Counted from the whole stretch's first letter, positions 35,788-51,139 are shown. The stretch is DNA of 62,864 nucleotides, filler included, from Guillardia theta CCMP2712 (GCF_000315625.1; 4 parts of 4 records of this genome joined end to end with filler, not necessarily neighbours in it); one strand, 5' to 3'. Program-made: numbers and translations. Notes: generated from the letters alone by a model not told the origin.

Positions 35788-36630
35788 TAGTCGTGTTCAT
35801 GAGTCATTTTCATGAGTCATTTTCATGATTTTCTTGTTCATTCGGATAGTATTGTATATTTGATCTTGTGTATACTTCTGATTTCTGGATTTCTCATCGG
35901 TTGCTACTACAAAAAAAGACAGAAGCATATCACAAAGATAACACTGTATTTTCGATTCAATCCTTGTTACAATAAAATTGTTCTACTACATGTACGTGGT
36001 ACAGAGTCTCATCCGAGCGAGACATGGCCCGCCGACTTGAAAACATTTCACTCCAACCCTTGCAACCTTATTGCTCACAGTGTACTGCATGCAGAGAGTG
36101 CATTACGAAACGTTTTCTCATGGAATCCAGTTGTCGTCCTTTCCCCGCCTGCGGCCATTCCCCGCTCCCATGCCGCAACTTCTTCATATTCCTATTTCAA
36201 GCCGCACGGACATGAAATACGATGTACGAGAAAGGGTGGGTGTTTCGATGAGAAAGGAGGGGTATCTTGTCTCTACTTTCAGTACCGATACGCCCACTCT
36301 TGAAAAGGGGGTGGGTGTGTCTACTCAGTGAAGTTCGGGTATTTACTCCTGCGGGATAGGTTCCAAAAGATCTCTTTTCGAAATATCTGGAGATACAACG
36401 GATATATCGCAAAACAACGGATATATCGAAAAGACTTAATTTCGATAGGGAAAAGAGTCGATATGAGGACGGGGTGGCATATTGGTCAAAAAAGGGTACA
36501 GCAAAGGGAGGGGGTGCTGGGGGGTCGCCTTTATGAGTGTAGGAAAAGGCCACAAGTTTTGTTGTCATAGCAAGCTCTGCAACATAGCAGTTTGCATTTG
36601 CAATCAACTATTTGTGTGTAACAGCCTCCC

Positions 36631-38100
36631 TTAGATCTGCCAGTCAATCGTTGGCTTTCCCATCTTGGCGAGCAGATCGTTGCATTGGGAAAAGTGCCTA
36701 ACAACGGAAAAGGTTACAACACCATCAAGTCATTTCATCGCAATGACCTGCATCCAAGGAATCCTCTGTGCGCAGATAAAGGGGAAGGGTGAGTCGTTTT
36801 GAGCACAAAATGCTTCTTCTGGTCAACAGACTGGCATTTCTTTTCTGAAAGTTGGAATCTGGTCAGAAACCCCTTGCATACAAACAGGTGTGATCTGCAT
36901 ACCTGCTGGCTTGCCCCAGAGCAAGAATACCAGTCCCTTGTGGTTCTTGTTCAACTCCGAAATGACAGCATCCGTGAACTTTTCCCAACCCCTCCCTTGG
37001 TGCGAGTTCGCTTGTCCAGAACGAACAGTCAAGCATGTGTTCAATAGCAAGACCCCCTGATCAGCCCACCGTGTCAGGCACCTGTGCATACAACATGTCA
37101 CAGAACTGTACGGTACAGCAGGATTGAATGTCTAACCCATGATTTGGTCTTTTGAATTCCAGTTTTGGATCCTCAGTCAGCTCTTTGAACATGTTCTGCA
37201 AGCTCGGGGGAGGGGGAACACCTTTCTGAACTGAAAAAGCCATTCCATGCGCTTGCTTGGGACCATGATACGGGTCTTGACCGACAATCACAACTGAAAC
37301 TTTGTCGAAGGGACAGTGATAGAACGCAGTGAAAATTTGGTTCGTCGGCGGATAAATTGTGTGCCCTGATTTCAACTCCTGGCAGTAGAAGGAGTTCAAG
37401 GACTTGTAGTAGTCCTTCTCAAGTTGAGACTTAAGCTTGTCCTTCCAGCTCTCTGGCATGATCAGAGCTGATTCAATGAGGTCTTTCGGATCTTTGCTGG
37501 GCATGTTGATGGAGACCTGTGTCAGGTTTTAGCATTGATATGTCATTCGCAGCAAACTTCAAGCAACCTCTTTGTCTTTCTTCCGAGCGAGAGCAGCTTC
37601 TCTGTTTAAGCGAATCCTTTCAAGCTGCTCTTCAGTCAAGGATGAATTTGTTGTATTTGTCTGTTTGCAGGATTGAGCTTTCAACGAGTAATAAATCAAA
37701 TAAGATGCATGTACCCCATCTGCTTTTACAGGAGTTTCTTGATTCGAATGATTTGAAGAAGGTGAAGCTCCCTGTGTCAGTATCAGCCACCGAAGTAGTT
37801 GGAAATGTAGCCTCTGGCATGACCCACAGGATCGTCTTTCGTGGAATTCAACTCAAGAGCCTTAGGTTCGGGACCCTGTCGTGTTTGATAAGCATCGCAC
37901 AAGCTCGCAGTCGGATATACATCATCAACTACAGTCGTGTCCTTCCTCGCTCTCTTTGTCGGAGGGGTAGTGACATCCCTGGAGGTAAGCTAAGGCATTC
38001 TTGCTTGTGGATCACAAAATATACGTAGAGTTAAGTGGGTTGAAAAATGACTTGATAGACATCTGCTCGCTAAGTGATACTGAAGAATGTGCTCTGTAAA
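36631..38100 (-). CDS. UNG: Uracil-DNA glycosylase (family 1), multi-exon; start uncertain
   Basis: Motifs [42 protein letters not shown] and HPSPLS; ends IDWQI with TAA at 36631. The N-terminal region has an RPA-binding-like motif ([17 protein letters not shown]) and a PIP-box-like QMSIKSFF. Confidence 0.93.
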
Positions 38101-39140
38101 GCAGTATTAGTGATGAGAGAGTGCAAAGAATCAGCAGGGAAAGAATCAGATGCAGACAGGGCAAATAGAGGTAGTGTGGTGCAGAGAAGGTCCAAAACGA
38201 GGGCATGCAAAATTTCATCAACAACACTGGAGATGAGAAAATTGACAGAGAAGTAGGAAAGCAACAGGACTCGTTTCGTCTCAGTCATGCTGCTCACAGT
38301 AGCAGTAGTTGTAATAGACGGGGATCAGTCAGGCTGCTCACAGTAGCAGTAGTAGGATCACTGCATGACCCGCGCTTCCCGCCGGCTTTGGCGGAATGGC
38401 GGCGGTGGCGGGAGACTATTCATCAATTGACTATATAACTCCAACCATGACCATAGTCAATATTCAAGTTGGTTGAATTTTGACTATAGAAAGTGTTTGT
38501 AAAGGTTTGTAGTCAAGTTATAGTCAAAAAATGTGCTGGATGAGGACCACACATATCTGGGGCGGGCTTGTTTGAATTATGACACAGGGGCGGATCCAAC
38601 GGGGACAGAGCATGCGAATATTTTGATAATTTTGGTACGAATTGTAACTTTACATTTGAACTTTAAGTAATAAAGTTTAAACTTTGTATCATTTAGGAAC
38701 CCCTACAGCAAACACCTGTACCGGTGCGGCCTCCTTGTGAAATGTTGGGAGCGGGCTGGGGCAAGGTGGAGGGAGAGGAGGCAGGCAGGAAGGAGAGAGA
38801 GCATGGTAGACTGCATTCTTGTAGACTTCCTCAGCACGTCTGAGTTGTTGCTCCCTTGTCTGTCTCTCTACACGACTGTGTAGACTCTGTGAAGCCGTCG
38901 TGCTCTAAGTTTGACGTGTCGTCGAGTCGCCAGCACCATGAACTGTCCAAGGCAGTGGGTTTGAATACCATCAAGCTGCTTCACAAGTGCATTGCAGTCC
39001 TCTCATTCACCGATCCTCCTGCTCCCCCCTCTAGATAGCCGTTCACACAGAGATCCTATATCTTGCCTCCCGACAGGGATCCCGCGTTTGTGGGGCGCAT
39101 CAGCTAGGTTGTGGGAAGCGAGGCTGACGACTCCTTGCAG

Positions 39141-39901
39141 ATGTTGACGAGTTTGCCGAGGATCTTCAAACTTACCGTGCTGGTATGCGGTTTCTGCTCG
39201 ATCGGTGACGATAGTTCTTCCGGCATCTCGAGGTTTGCCTGACACCCATGGCAGACGCTGGGCGAATGCCGCTCGGCAACGCTGCGAAAGTGACGGGACT
39301 GAGGTCGCCAAGGCTGACTGGCGCGCCTTCGATGACAGGGATGCGATCGGACATGCTGCGTGCGGGGCTGCCGAGCCTGAGGATCGTTGGGCTGAGAGGA
39401 GGCGAGGGGGAGCTCGCAGTAGAGGAGGCTGTCAACAACCTCAGGAGTGAGTGGCTGGGCTGACATGTCGGCCACGGGTTGGTGTCTTACGAGCATGCAG
39501 GTAAGAGCCTTGACCTCGGGAAGACCAACGAAGAAGTTGTGCAAGCGCTGAAGCTCATGCAAACTTACATCGAGAACATCATCAAGAATCCTGCTGAGAC
39601 CAAGTTCCAAAAGGTCTTGTTCAACCTTCTTGCCTGAGGGCGCGCGTGTGAGGTGTGCTGCGCACAGATACGAGCAGGAAACAAGGCATTCACGTCCAAG
39701 ATCGCCAGTCTGGAGGGAGCAGCAGAGGTTTGATCGGCAGAGGAGGATGAAGGATGGGGAGGGGCTGCCAACACGTGACATGGCAGGTGCTCATGGCGTN
39801 NNNNNNNNNNNNNNNNNNNNNNNNNNNNNNNNNNNNNNNNNNNNNNNNNNNNNNNNNNNNNNNNNNNNNNNNNNNNNNNNNNNNNNNNNNNNNNNNNNNG
39901 G

Positions 39902-39975
<74 letters not shown>

Positions 39976-42262
39976 GAGGAAGAGGAGGAGGGGAAGAGGA
40001 GGAGGGGGGAAAGAGGAGGAGATGCAAATCTGACCAGCAAGATTTTGGCAGGTGACAGCAGACACGCTGGGTCACATGGTGACGACCGGCCCTGAGGGCG
40101 ACGGCGAGCAGCAGATCGAAGAGTTTTGGAGGCTGAGCTGCACCTTGCAGGGTCATGAGGGAGATGGTGAGGAGGAGGAGGTGGAGAAGGTGGAGGTAGT
40201 GGTGGAGGAGCAGGAGCAGAAGCAGGAGCTGGTGCAGGATGGGGAGAAGGAGGGGTAGGAGGAGTCATAAGATGGAAGGGAAGGAGGCAGTGGGAATGAG
40301 GATTGAGAAAGTTTGGAAAATTGAGCGGGTAGAGGAAGCAGAGGCAGATAGAGAGAGGGAGAGAGAGGACGTGGGAGGATGAAAGCATTCTAATGATGGT
40401 GTATACGACAGTCAGGGGGATATCTGTTGTCGGGGACGGGAAACTTGTCACCGCTTCTCGCGACAAGTCTCTGAAGCTCTGGGTGGAGTCGAAGGAGGAG
40501 GGAGGAGAAGACGGCAAAGCTGCTTCTTACACGTACAAGGACTCGAAGCAGCTCACGGGGTACAGGCTCCCTCTCTGTGCATCTTCACTCAGTCTTTTCT
40601 TCCCTCCACTGCCTTCCCTTGCAGTTCCCCTGCCATTGCTCCTTCGCTTTCATTTCCTCAGCGCTCTTCTCTATCTTTGTTGCGCTTTTCGTTGATTTCC
40701 TTGCGCTATCCTTCAGGCATGAGTACCATGTTGCTTCTTGCTCGTACCTGGGCCCTTCGGATGAGAACCCCAATGGTATGACGAGTCTGCTATGAGAGGA
40801 TGGTCACGTCGTCCAACATTTTCCATCATCGTCCTCCTCTGCTCTGCCCTGCTCTCCCCTCACTTCCCACTTCTTCTCTCGCAATCGGCAGCACGCCCCC
40901 GAGATCGCCATGACTTTCACGTGTTTGCGCTCTCGATGACACCTGTTGCAGGCCTCATTCTCTCCGGTTCATACGACTACACGAGCTCGGGCCAGGTCAA
41001 GGTCCCAGCAGGTGTCCAGTTAGAGGTATGGGGGAAGGAAAGTTGAAGGACGTTTGCAGTTGTCAACATGTGGGACGCGGAGACAGGAGATCTCAGACAT
41101 TCGCTGACGGGACACACAGCAACAGTGAGGTGAAAAGAGCAGGAGTCTGCGAGGCGTGGGGATGGGGGAGAGGAAGACAGGGAGGAGGAGGGAGGAGGAA
41201 TGGGGAAGGCGATGAGATGGAGACGGTGAGATTGGGAATGAAAGAGGAGGAGGAAGGGGAAAGGAAAGAGAAGGAGGAAGGGGAAGGGGAGGGGAGGAGG
41301 AAGGGGAAGGGGAAGGGGAAGGGGGAAGTGCAAGGGTGAAGAGCACCAGGAGGAGAAATGACGGATCCTGACATTCAGTTCTATCGCCTGCTCAACTGAT
41401 GGCAAGGAGATTTTTTCTGCCTCCTGGGACAAGGTGAAGAAATTCCCTGCTGCCTTGCCGGGCCTGACCGCGTGCTCGAAGACTGTCAGAGTCTGGGACT
41501 CCAAGACAAAAGAATGCAAGCACGTACTTAAAGGACATTCTCAGGTCATTCGCGATGAGAACGATTTCTTGCGGTCGACCTTGATGCTTTCCGCTCTCTG
41601 CTTTCCCTTTCCCTTTCTATTTCGTTTCCTCCCTTTCCCTTTCTCCTTTTGTTGCTTTTCCCGTTTCCTTTCTCTCTCTCTTTCTTCCCTCTGTTGGTCC
41701 ATGTGTAACTAAGTCCCTGAATTTGATGTTGTTCTTTTGTTCTTGACGTTTTTCTTTCTCAGGCTGTCTGGGCGCTTCTGCCTCTCCCAGGCAACAAGCT
41801 GCTGTCAGGATCAGCCGACAGGACCATCAGACTGTGGGACACGGTTGAAGGAAAGTGCATCGGGACCTTGACAGGTCAGAGGAGGAGGGGAGGAGGAGAG
41901 GAAGAGAGGAGAGGAGGATGAGAGTAGGAGAGTAGGAGAGTAGGAGGAGAGAGGAGGAGAGGAGAGGAGGGGAGGGGAGGGGAGAGGAGAGGAGAGGAGA
42001 GGAGAGGAGTGGAGAGAAGGTGAGTAGAGTAGAGGACAGGAGAAGAGGAGATGAGATGAGATGAGGATAAGAGAGGAGAGGAGTGGGGCATCTTATGTTT
42101 TTCGTTTTCAGGTCACAGTGATTGTGTTCGTGCACTCGTCATGCTCCCTGATGGCAAAGTTGCTTCTGCTGGTAAACTCCCTTCCCTCATCCCTACGGAC
42201 CTGTTCCAGCTCCAGCTCCTCCAGCTCCTCCAGCTCCTCCTGCTCCTCCTGCTCCTCCTGCT

Positions 42263-42352
<90 letters not shown>

Positions 42353-44958
42353 CCTCCTGCTCCTGCTCCTGCTCCTCCTGCTCCTGCTCCTCCTGCTGGT
42401 GCTGGTGCTGCTCCTGTTCCTTTTCCCTCGCTTCTGCAGTTTCCCCTCCGGACTCTCCTTGATCTTCCCTCAGGAAATGACTGCATGATCAAGATCTGGT
42501 CGCTCGACCTCTCCGGCAATTCTCTCGAGCAGGTGGAGCAGGAGGGGAATGGAGGAAAAGAGAAGAGAAGCTTGAAGGAGGAAAGGTGGAGGGAAATGAG
42601 ATTGAGGAGGACGAGTCATGCATCAACGGGAGGAGGGCGAAGAGAGAGGAGGAGGGGGAGTTGGAGGAGGAGCGAGAGAGAGAGGGAGAGGGGAAGAGGA
42701 AGAGGGGGAGGGGGAAGGAGAGGGGGAGGGATAGTGGGAGAGATTCGTGAACAAGGAGGTGGCTGAGTCGTTGCAGACTTGCGGGTTCTGTCTTGGTACC
42801 TTTGCGGGACACGAGAACTTCATTTATGACCTCGCGGTCCTGCCCAATGGCGACCTGGTGTCAGGTAGGAGGAGGATGAGGAGGATGAGGAGGATGAGGA
42901 GGATGAGGATGAGGAGGAGGAGCAAGAGGAGGAGGAGGAGCAGGAGGATGAGCAGGAGAGGGAGGAGGATGAGCAGGGATGGCAAGGCCAGGAGAGATAG
43001 AGGAGGAGAGCTAGTGGAGAGGGCGGGAGAGGGGAAGGGGAATGGAAGGAGGAGGAGATTTTGATGAGATCTTGTAGCCGGAGAGGACAGGACGATCAGA
43101 GTGTGGAGGGACGGCCGGCAGGTATGCGCCATTCGCAACCCCGACACCGTGTGGAGTATCGCGGCGATAAGCAACGGTAAGGGGATGGAGGAGGGTTCTG
43201 AAGTGTTGTCGAGTTTGTTGTTTCTCTTGCTGTCTCCTACTGTGATGATTTCACCTCCTCTTCCTGCTCAAGGGTTATCGATTCTTCCTGCTCCTCGCTT
43301 CCTGCTCCTTCTCTTCTCCTCCTCCTATACGCCATTCCTCCCCTCTGCCTCTCCTCCTCTCCTCTCCTCCTCTCTTTCTCATGCTTGTCATACTAGCTTC
43401 ACTTCCTTCATCTATTACCTTCTACTCATTTTCGCTTTCTTCTTGACTTCTCTCGTCTCAGGTGACATCGCTGCTGCTTGTGCTGATGGCAAAGCGCGAA
43501 TCTTCACTCAAGCAGACGAGAGGATGGTGATGAATTCCTGCTCTCCCTGCTCTCTCTGCTCTCCCTGCTCTCCCTGCTCTCCCTGCTCTCCCTGCTCTCC
43601 CTGCTCTCCCTGCTCTCCCTGCTCCCTGCTCCGTGCTCCGTGCTCCCTGCTCCCTGCTCCCTGCTCCCTGCTCCCTGCTCCCTGCTCATGGTTTCTTCCC
43701 TCTTCGCTCCTCCTCTCTATTGCAGCGAGCTGATGGCCTAGTGCAGGCAAGTGAGGAGCAGCAGAACGAGTACGAGGAGCTGCTGGCCAAGACCAAGATT
43801 GCCTCGCACACCCTCGGTGAATTCATCACGTTCTGCGTGCTCGTGCTCGTGCTCGCTCTCATCCTCATCCTCATCCTCGTCCTCGTCCTTCTCCTCCTCC
43901 CTCCTCGCTGACTCGTCGAGACTAGGTGGACTTCAGTTGGAAAAGCTTCCAGGACCAGAGGCACTTGAGAGAGCTGGCGACCATGACGGACAGGTGGAGT
44001 TGGAGGGAGAGGAGGAAGGGGGGAGGAGGACGTGGAAGTGAGCTGAAGAGGGCAGGAGAGGAGGAGGAGGAGGAGGAGGAGGAGGAGGAGGAGGCTGGAC
44101 TTCAAGTATCATCACGTTGTGCTAAATCATCTTGTCTGTCACAGACTCGAGTGATCCGTCAAGGAAGCAAGGCCATCGCCTACTCGTGGAGCGTATCCTC
44201 TAAGAAGGTGTTGAATGCTTTCCCTTCTTCTCCTTCTGGTGCTTGTGCTTGTGCTTGTGCTTGTGCTGGTGCTGGTGCTGGTGCTGGTGCTGGTGCTGGT
44301 GCTGGTGCTGGTGCTGGTGCTGGTGATGGTGCTGGTGCTGGTGCTGGTGCTGGTGCTGGTGCTGGTGCTGGTGCTGGTGCTGGTGCTGGTGCTGGTGCTG
44401 GTGCTGGTGCTGGTGCTGGTGCTGGTGCTTGTGCTTGTGCTGGTGCTGGCGCTGGTGCTTGTGCTGGTGCTGGTGCTTGTGCTGGTGCTGGTGCCTTGAC
44501 TTCCGCTGTTTCCTCTTGCTGCCGCACTCTTACTTACTCTGCTTGCAGTGGGAACCTGTTGGAGAAGTTGTTGACAGTGCGGGAGACAACAACAAGATTG
44601 GAGCAGGTAACAGAAAGATTCCCCTCTTCCTCCTCCTGCTCCTCCTGCTCCTCCTGCTCCTCTTCCTCCTCCTCCTCGTCACCATCACCACCATCACCAT
44701 CACCACCATCACCATCACCATCACCATCACCATCACCCCCACTCTTATCATCTTGATTATCTCTGAACTTTTGTTTTGATTTGGTTCTCTTGTTGTCATT
44801 TTCTACGTGTCTCATCTCAAATGCCTCTGGTGTTCTTGTCTCATCTCAAACTTGTCTCAGGTCAAGCTGGAGGAAAGCAAAAGTTGGACGGGAAGGAGTA
44901 TGACTACATCTTCGATATCGAGGTAGAGGAGAATACAGGAGGAAGAGATAGAAAGAGC

Positions 44959-45056
<98 letters not shown>

Positions 45057-45618
45057 GGATGATGATGAGGATGATGATGATGATGATGATGAGGATGATG
45101 ATGATGATGATGATGAGGAGGAGGAGGAGGGAGAGGACGAAGAGGAGGAGCATGCAGGAGGAAACATTTCGATGATGATGGTGATGATGATGATGGAGAT
45201 GATGATGGAAATGAAGGGAGGATGAAGACATGAACGATGATGCTGTTTGTGGTGGTGGTGGTGTTGGCGGTGGTGGTGGTGGTGGTGGTGGTGGTGGTGG
45301 TGGTGGTGGTGGTGGTGGTGGTGGTGGTGGTGATGATGATGATGGAGATGCTGCTGCTGCTGATGATGATGATGAAGATGCTGATGTTGGTGGTGGTGGT
45401 GATGAGACTGGTTGCAGGTGGAGGAAGGCAGAATGGCGAAGTTGGGTATCAACAAAGGAGACAATCCTTACATGGCAGCATCTGACTTTATCGACAAACA
45501 CGACCTGAACCCTGTGAGCATAATCCTCCGACCGCCACTACCGCTACTGCCTCCTCCTGCTGGTGCTGGTGCTGGTGCTGGTGCTGGTGCTGGTGCTGGT
45601 GCTGGTGCTGGTGCTGAT
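39141..45618 (+). CDS. PLAA: PLAA/Ufd3/Doa1-like protein (WD40 + PFU) with N-terminal presequence and PUB domain; 3'-truncated at contig end
   Basis: WD40 exons ([13 protein letters not shown]|[40 protein letters not shown]). PFU exons [12 protein letters not shown]|[35 protein letters not shown] exons [22 protein letters not shown]|[20 protein letters not shown]|VLMA. Introns 39205-39254 and 39447-39500 splice in frame. Confidence 0.8.
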
Positions 45619-45620
45619 NN
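42200..45620. repeat. Intronic microsatellite expansions: (CTCCTG)n, (GGTGCT)n, (GAT)n, (GGT)n, (CCCTGCTCT)n
   Basis: Directly visible at ~42200-42395, 43540-43690, 44240-44495, 44958-45115, 45250-45330 and 45558-45615. Confidence 0.9.
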
Positions 45621-45718
45621 NNNNNNNNNNNNNNNNNNNNNNNNNNNNNNNNNNNNNNNNNNTTAATTAATTAANNNNNNNNNNNNNNNNNNNNNNNNNN
45701 NNNNNNNNNNNNNNNNNN
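45619..45718. other. Artificial contig spacer
   Basis: N-TTAATTAATTAA-N. Confidence 0.92.
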
Positions 45719-48167
<2,449 letters not shown>

Positions 48168-48809
48168 GCTGCTATCGCATGTCACATAAAAGGTCACGTG
48201 AGCAAAGACCCTATCATTCCATATCATCCCATCCCATTTTCGTCCTCCTCCTCCAGCCTCCAGCCTCCAGCCTCCAGTCTCCTGCCTCCTCTCCTGTCTC
48301 CAGTCTCCTGCCTCCTCTCCTGTCTCCTCTCATGCCTCCTGCCTCCTCTCCTTCCTCCTCCTCCTCCTCCTCTCCTTCCTCCTCCTGCCTCCTGCCTCCT
48401 GCCTCCTGCCTCCTGCCTCCTGCCTCCTGCCTCCTGCCTCCTGCCTCCTCCTGCATCCTGCCTCGTGCCTGCTCATCTACTTGGTACAAAAGAGAGAGGG
48501 AGGGAGGAGGGAGGGGGAGGAGAAAGAGTGAGTGAAGCGAGAAATAGGGCGTGGGCAGGAGGAGGGGAGGGGGAAGGGGGGGGGGGGAGGGGGNNNNNNN
48601 NNNNNNNNNNNNNNNNNNNNNNNNNNNNNNNNNNNNNNNNNNNNNNNNNNNNNNNNNNNNNNNNNNNNNNNNNNNNNNNNNNNNNNNNNNNNNNNNNNNN
48701 NNNNNNNNNNNNNNNNNNNNNNNNNNNNNNNNNNNNNNNNNNNNNNNNNNNNNNNNNNNNNNNNNNNNNNNNNNNNNNNNNNNNNNNNNNNNNNNNNNNN
48801 NNNNNNNNN

Positions 48810-49045
48810 CTTGAAACCTTGAAACCTTGAAACCTTGAAACCTTGAAACCTTGAAACCTTGAAACCTTGAAACCTTGAAACCTTGAAACCTTGAAACCTT
48901 GAAACCTTGAAACCTTGAAACCTTGAAACCTTGAAACCTTGAAACCTTGAAACCTTGAAACCTTGAAACCTTGAAACCTTGAAACCTTGAAACCTTGAAA
49001 CCTTGAAACCTTGAAACCTTGAAACCTTGAAACCTTGAAACCTTG
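48810..49045. repeat. Perfect 8-bp tandem repeat (CCTTGAAA)n, ~29 copies, running into an N gap
   Basis: Directly visible. Confidence 0.95.
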
Positions 49046-49711
49046 ACGGTGACGTAGCGCTGTTCACGCCGTGTCACGCCGCACTGCAGTGGCACGCCGA
49101 CCGTGTCACTGTCAGTGTGCGAACGGCCGCAGTCCGGCACTGACTGCCACGGTCAGGGCCCGGCCACCGTCCGACTGTACTACTCGCCGATGATGATGAA
49201 TCAGTCACTCCGATGACCGGGTCACGGCGCCGCGGACTGAGTGTCAGGGTCATCACAATAATGATTTACTCAACAAAACTTGAAGTAAACAAGTCGCCGA
49301 TGATTGAGTAAAAGAGACTTAGGGCCACTAGTGAAAGTTACGAAGAGGCTCTTCTTGCTGGGTCACGCTGGCATCCGTGACTGAGGTCACGTGTGCAGGG
49401 ATGTCAGACAGTCAATATGCTGACACAACTCCGACAGTGAGCTCGTGCACACACCCTACCCCCTACCCCTAGTAATAAACACACCCTAACCATGGGTGGG
49501 AGGAGTTCACACCTTCAAGACGCAACGATTGACTATGATATTTTTTTTTTCCTTAGTGGCGTGACCATGACGGGTATTTCACCACTCCAAAGAGGGGGTG
49601 GGGGTATCTTGGGAAGAGTTATTGAAGATGCGCAGGACGTATGTGTCGTGCAAGCACAACGACGGGGTGGTTAGGCTGGGGTACTACTGGCAAGGCATAC
49701 GCTCCTCGGCC

Positions 49712-50640
49712 ATGGAGGGGCAGTGCGAAAGTTATATGGTGTTTCCAAGGAGGAAGAGAAGTAGCCCGGATGAGGAGCGTCCTCCTGCGATGTCTCTGAC
49801 CCGGAGCAAGCTCGAGGAACTGTACTGCATGCGGCAAGTGCACGCTGCCAACCACCTGGTGAGATAGATAGATGTGTATTCTGAGACGTGAGCCTTTCCT
49901 CACCTTGTTTCTTCTTGCAGGGCATCTCGTTAACAGCCCTCAAGAATGCTTGTAGAGCATTAGGAATCACCCGATGGCCATACAACAAGAAGGAACAAGA
50001 TGCGAAAGAAAATTCAAGCGACATTTCACCGGATAATGACGAGCATCAGGATAGTACTCGCTGTCATCAGGACTCGAGGCATCAGAGCATGAGCGATGAA
50101 TGCATGAGCTCAGGAGATGTTGCAAGTAGTGTAAGATCGATGGGGTCTCAAACAGTCAATACCTCGCGGGTACAAGGTATGGTGCGAGCAAATGAGCAAT
50201 TTCTTGCTCCTTCTCCGATGCAAGATTTCACACCAGGTCATAGCGTGCAAGTGCCGCCTCCAGAGATAGCATGGCAATCCGAACGAAGCATGGAGACTGA
50301 TGGCCACGGTGTCGAGCTACTTCATGCTCCTTGCCCAGCTCAGCAATCTGGTCCTCTTTCTGACGAGGGCACGCAGAGACAGCATCGTGTTGACTGTGAG
50401 TTGTTCACCTTGGGACAAGAGAGTTGGCCATCTCAATCGAATGCGATCGCCTCGAGCAGTATACAGCAATGCTTGAGCGCAGAGTGGATTGAGTGGTTTG
50501 TAAGGATTCCAAATGAGGACCCCACCATTGAGTTGGGCGTGGGCCAATACCCACACGATGGCAGTACCCGTCGGACGCGGATCAAATGTACCTATCAACA
50601 TACAGTGAGGTATCAACGTGCCATAACGCATGATTGGTGA
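49712..50640 (+). CDS. RWP-RK domain transcription factor; intron 49859-49920
   Basis: MEGQCESYMVFPRRK...LTRSKLEELYCMRQVHAANHL|GISLTALKNACRALGITRWPY, with a phase-0 GT-AG intron. Confidence 0.9.
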
Positions 50641-50995
50641 CTCAGGATATACTACGAGTGAGGCTAATCGTGATGCAAGAATTTACCGAATTCAGTTTCG
50701 TATCTGATTTTGATAAGACTATCTGAGACTCCCGGACTTAGTAGTTTCGATCATCATTGCTGGTTGTAAAGTTATAAAAGTACTATACATGATCACTAAA
50801 AAGTACAATGGCTCAAACTGAATACCACTCAGTGACACGGTGATTTGTGTTGACTTCCGTGACCGAAAAAAAAATTCCGTACTGCATGCAAAGATATTTG
50901 CAACCTTCAGATCTTCTCGTTCAAGCTTACTCTTGGACTCTGAATCGTGTCAACATGTTCATTCGACCATCTTGCATGCATGCAGAATGAGGGGT

Positions 50996-51139
50996 GGGGT
51001 ACTACTGGCAAGATATACCCACCTCGGATCGGTAGTGCGCCGGAAACGACCAAGGCCATGGAGGGGCAGTGCGAAAGTCATATGGTGTTTCCGAGGAGGA
51101 AGAGAAGTAGCCCGGATGAGGAGCGTCCTCCTGCGATGT
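50996..51139 (+). pseudogene. Truncated duplicate of the RWP-RK 5' leader and first codons
   Basis: Near-identical to 49678-49793 (GGGGTACTACTGGCAAG...GGCCATGGAGGGGCAGTGCGAAAG...CCTGCGATGT) with a short insertion. It ends in an immediate TGA. Confidence 0.8.

Noticed and set aside
38090-38218. Hydrophobic 'signal peptide' upstream of UNG, suggesting nucleomorph targeting
   Set aside because: The hydrophobic stretch coincides with a likely intron (GT...CTAAT...TTTACAG with a polypyrimidine tract). It cannot be supported without cDNA.
42061-45508. Poly-Cys/Ser, poly-Asp, poly-His, poly-Met and GA/AP-repeat ORFs
   Set aside because: They are translations of intronic microsatellites within the PLAA gene.
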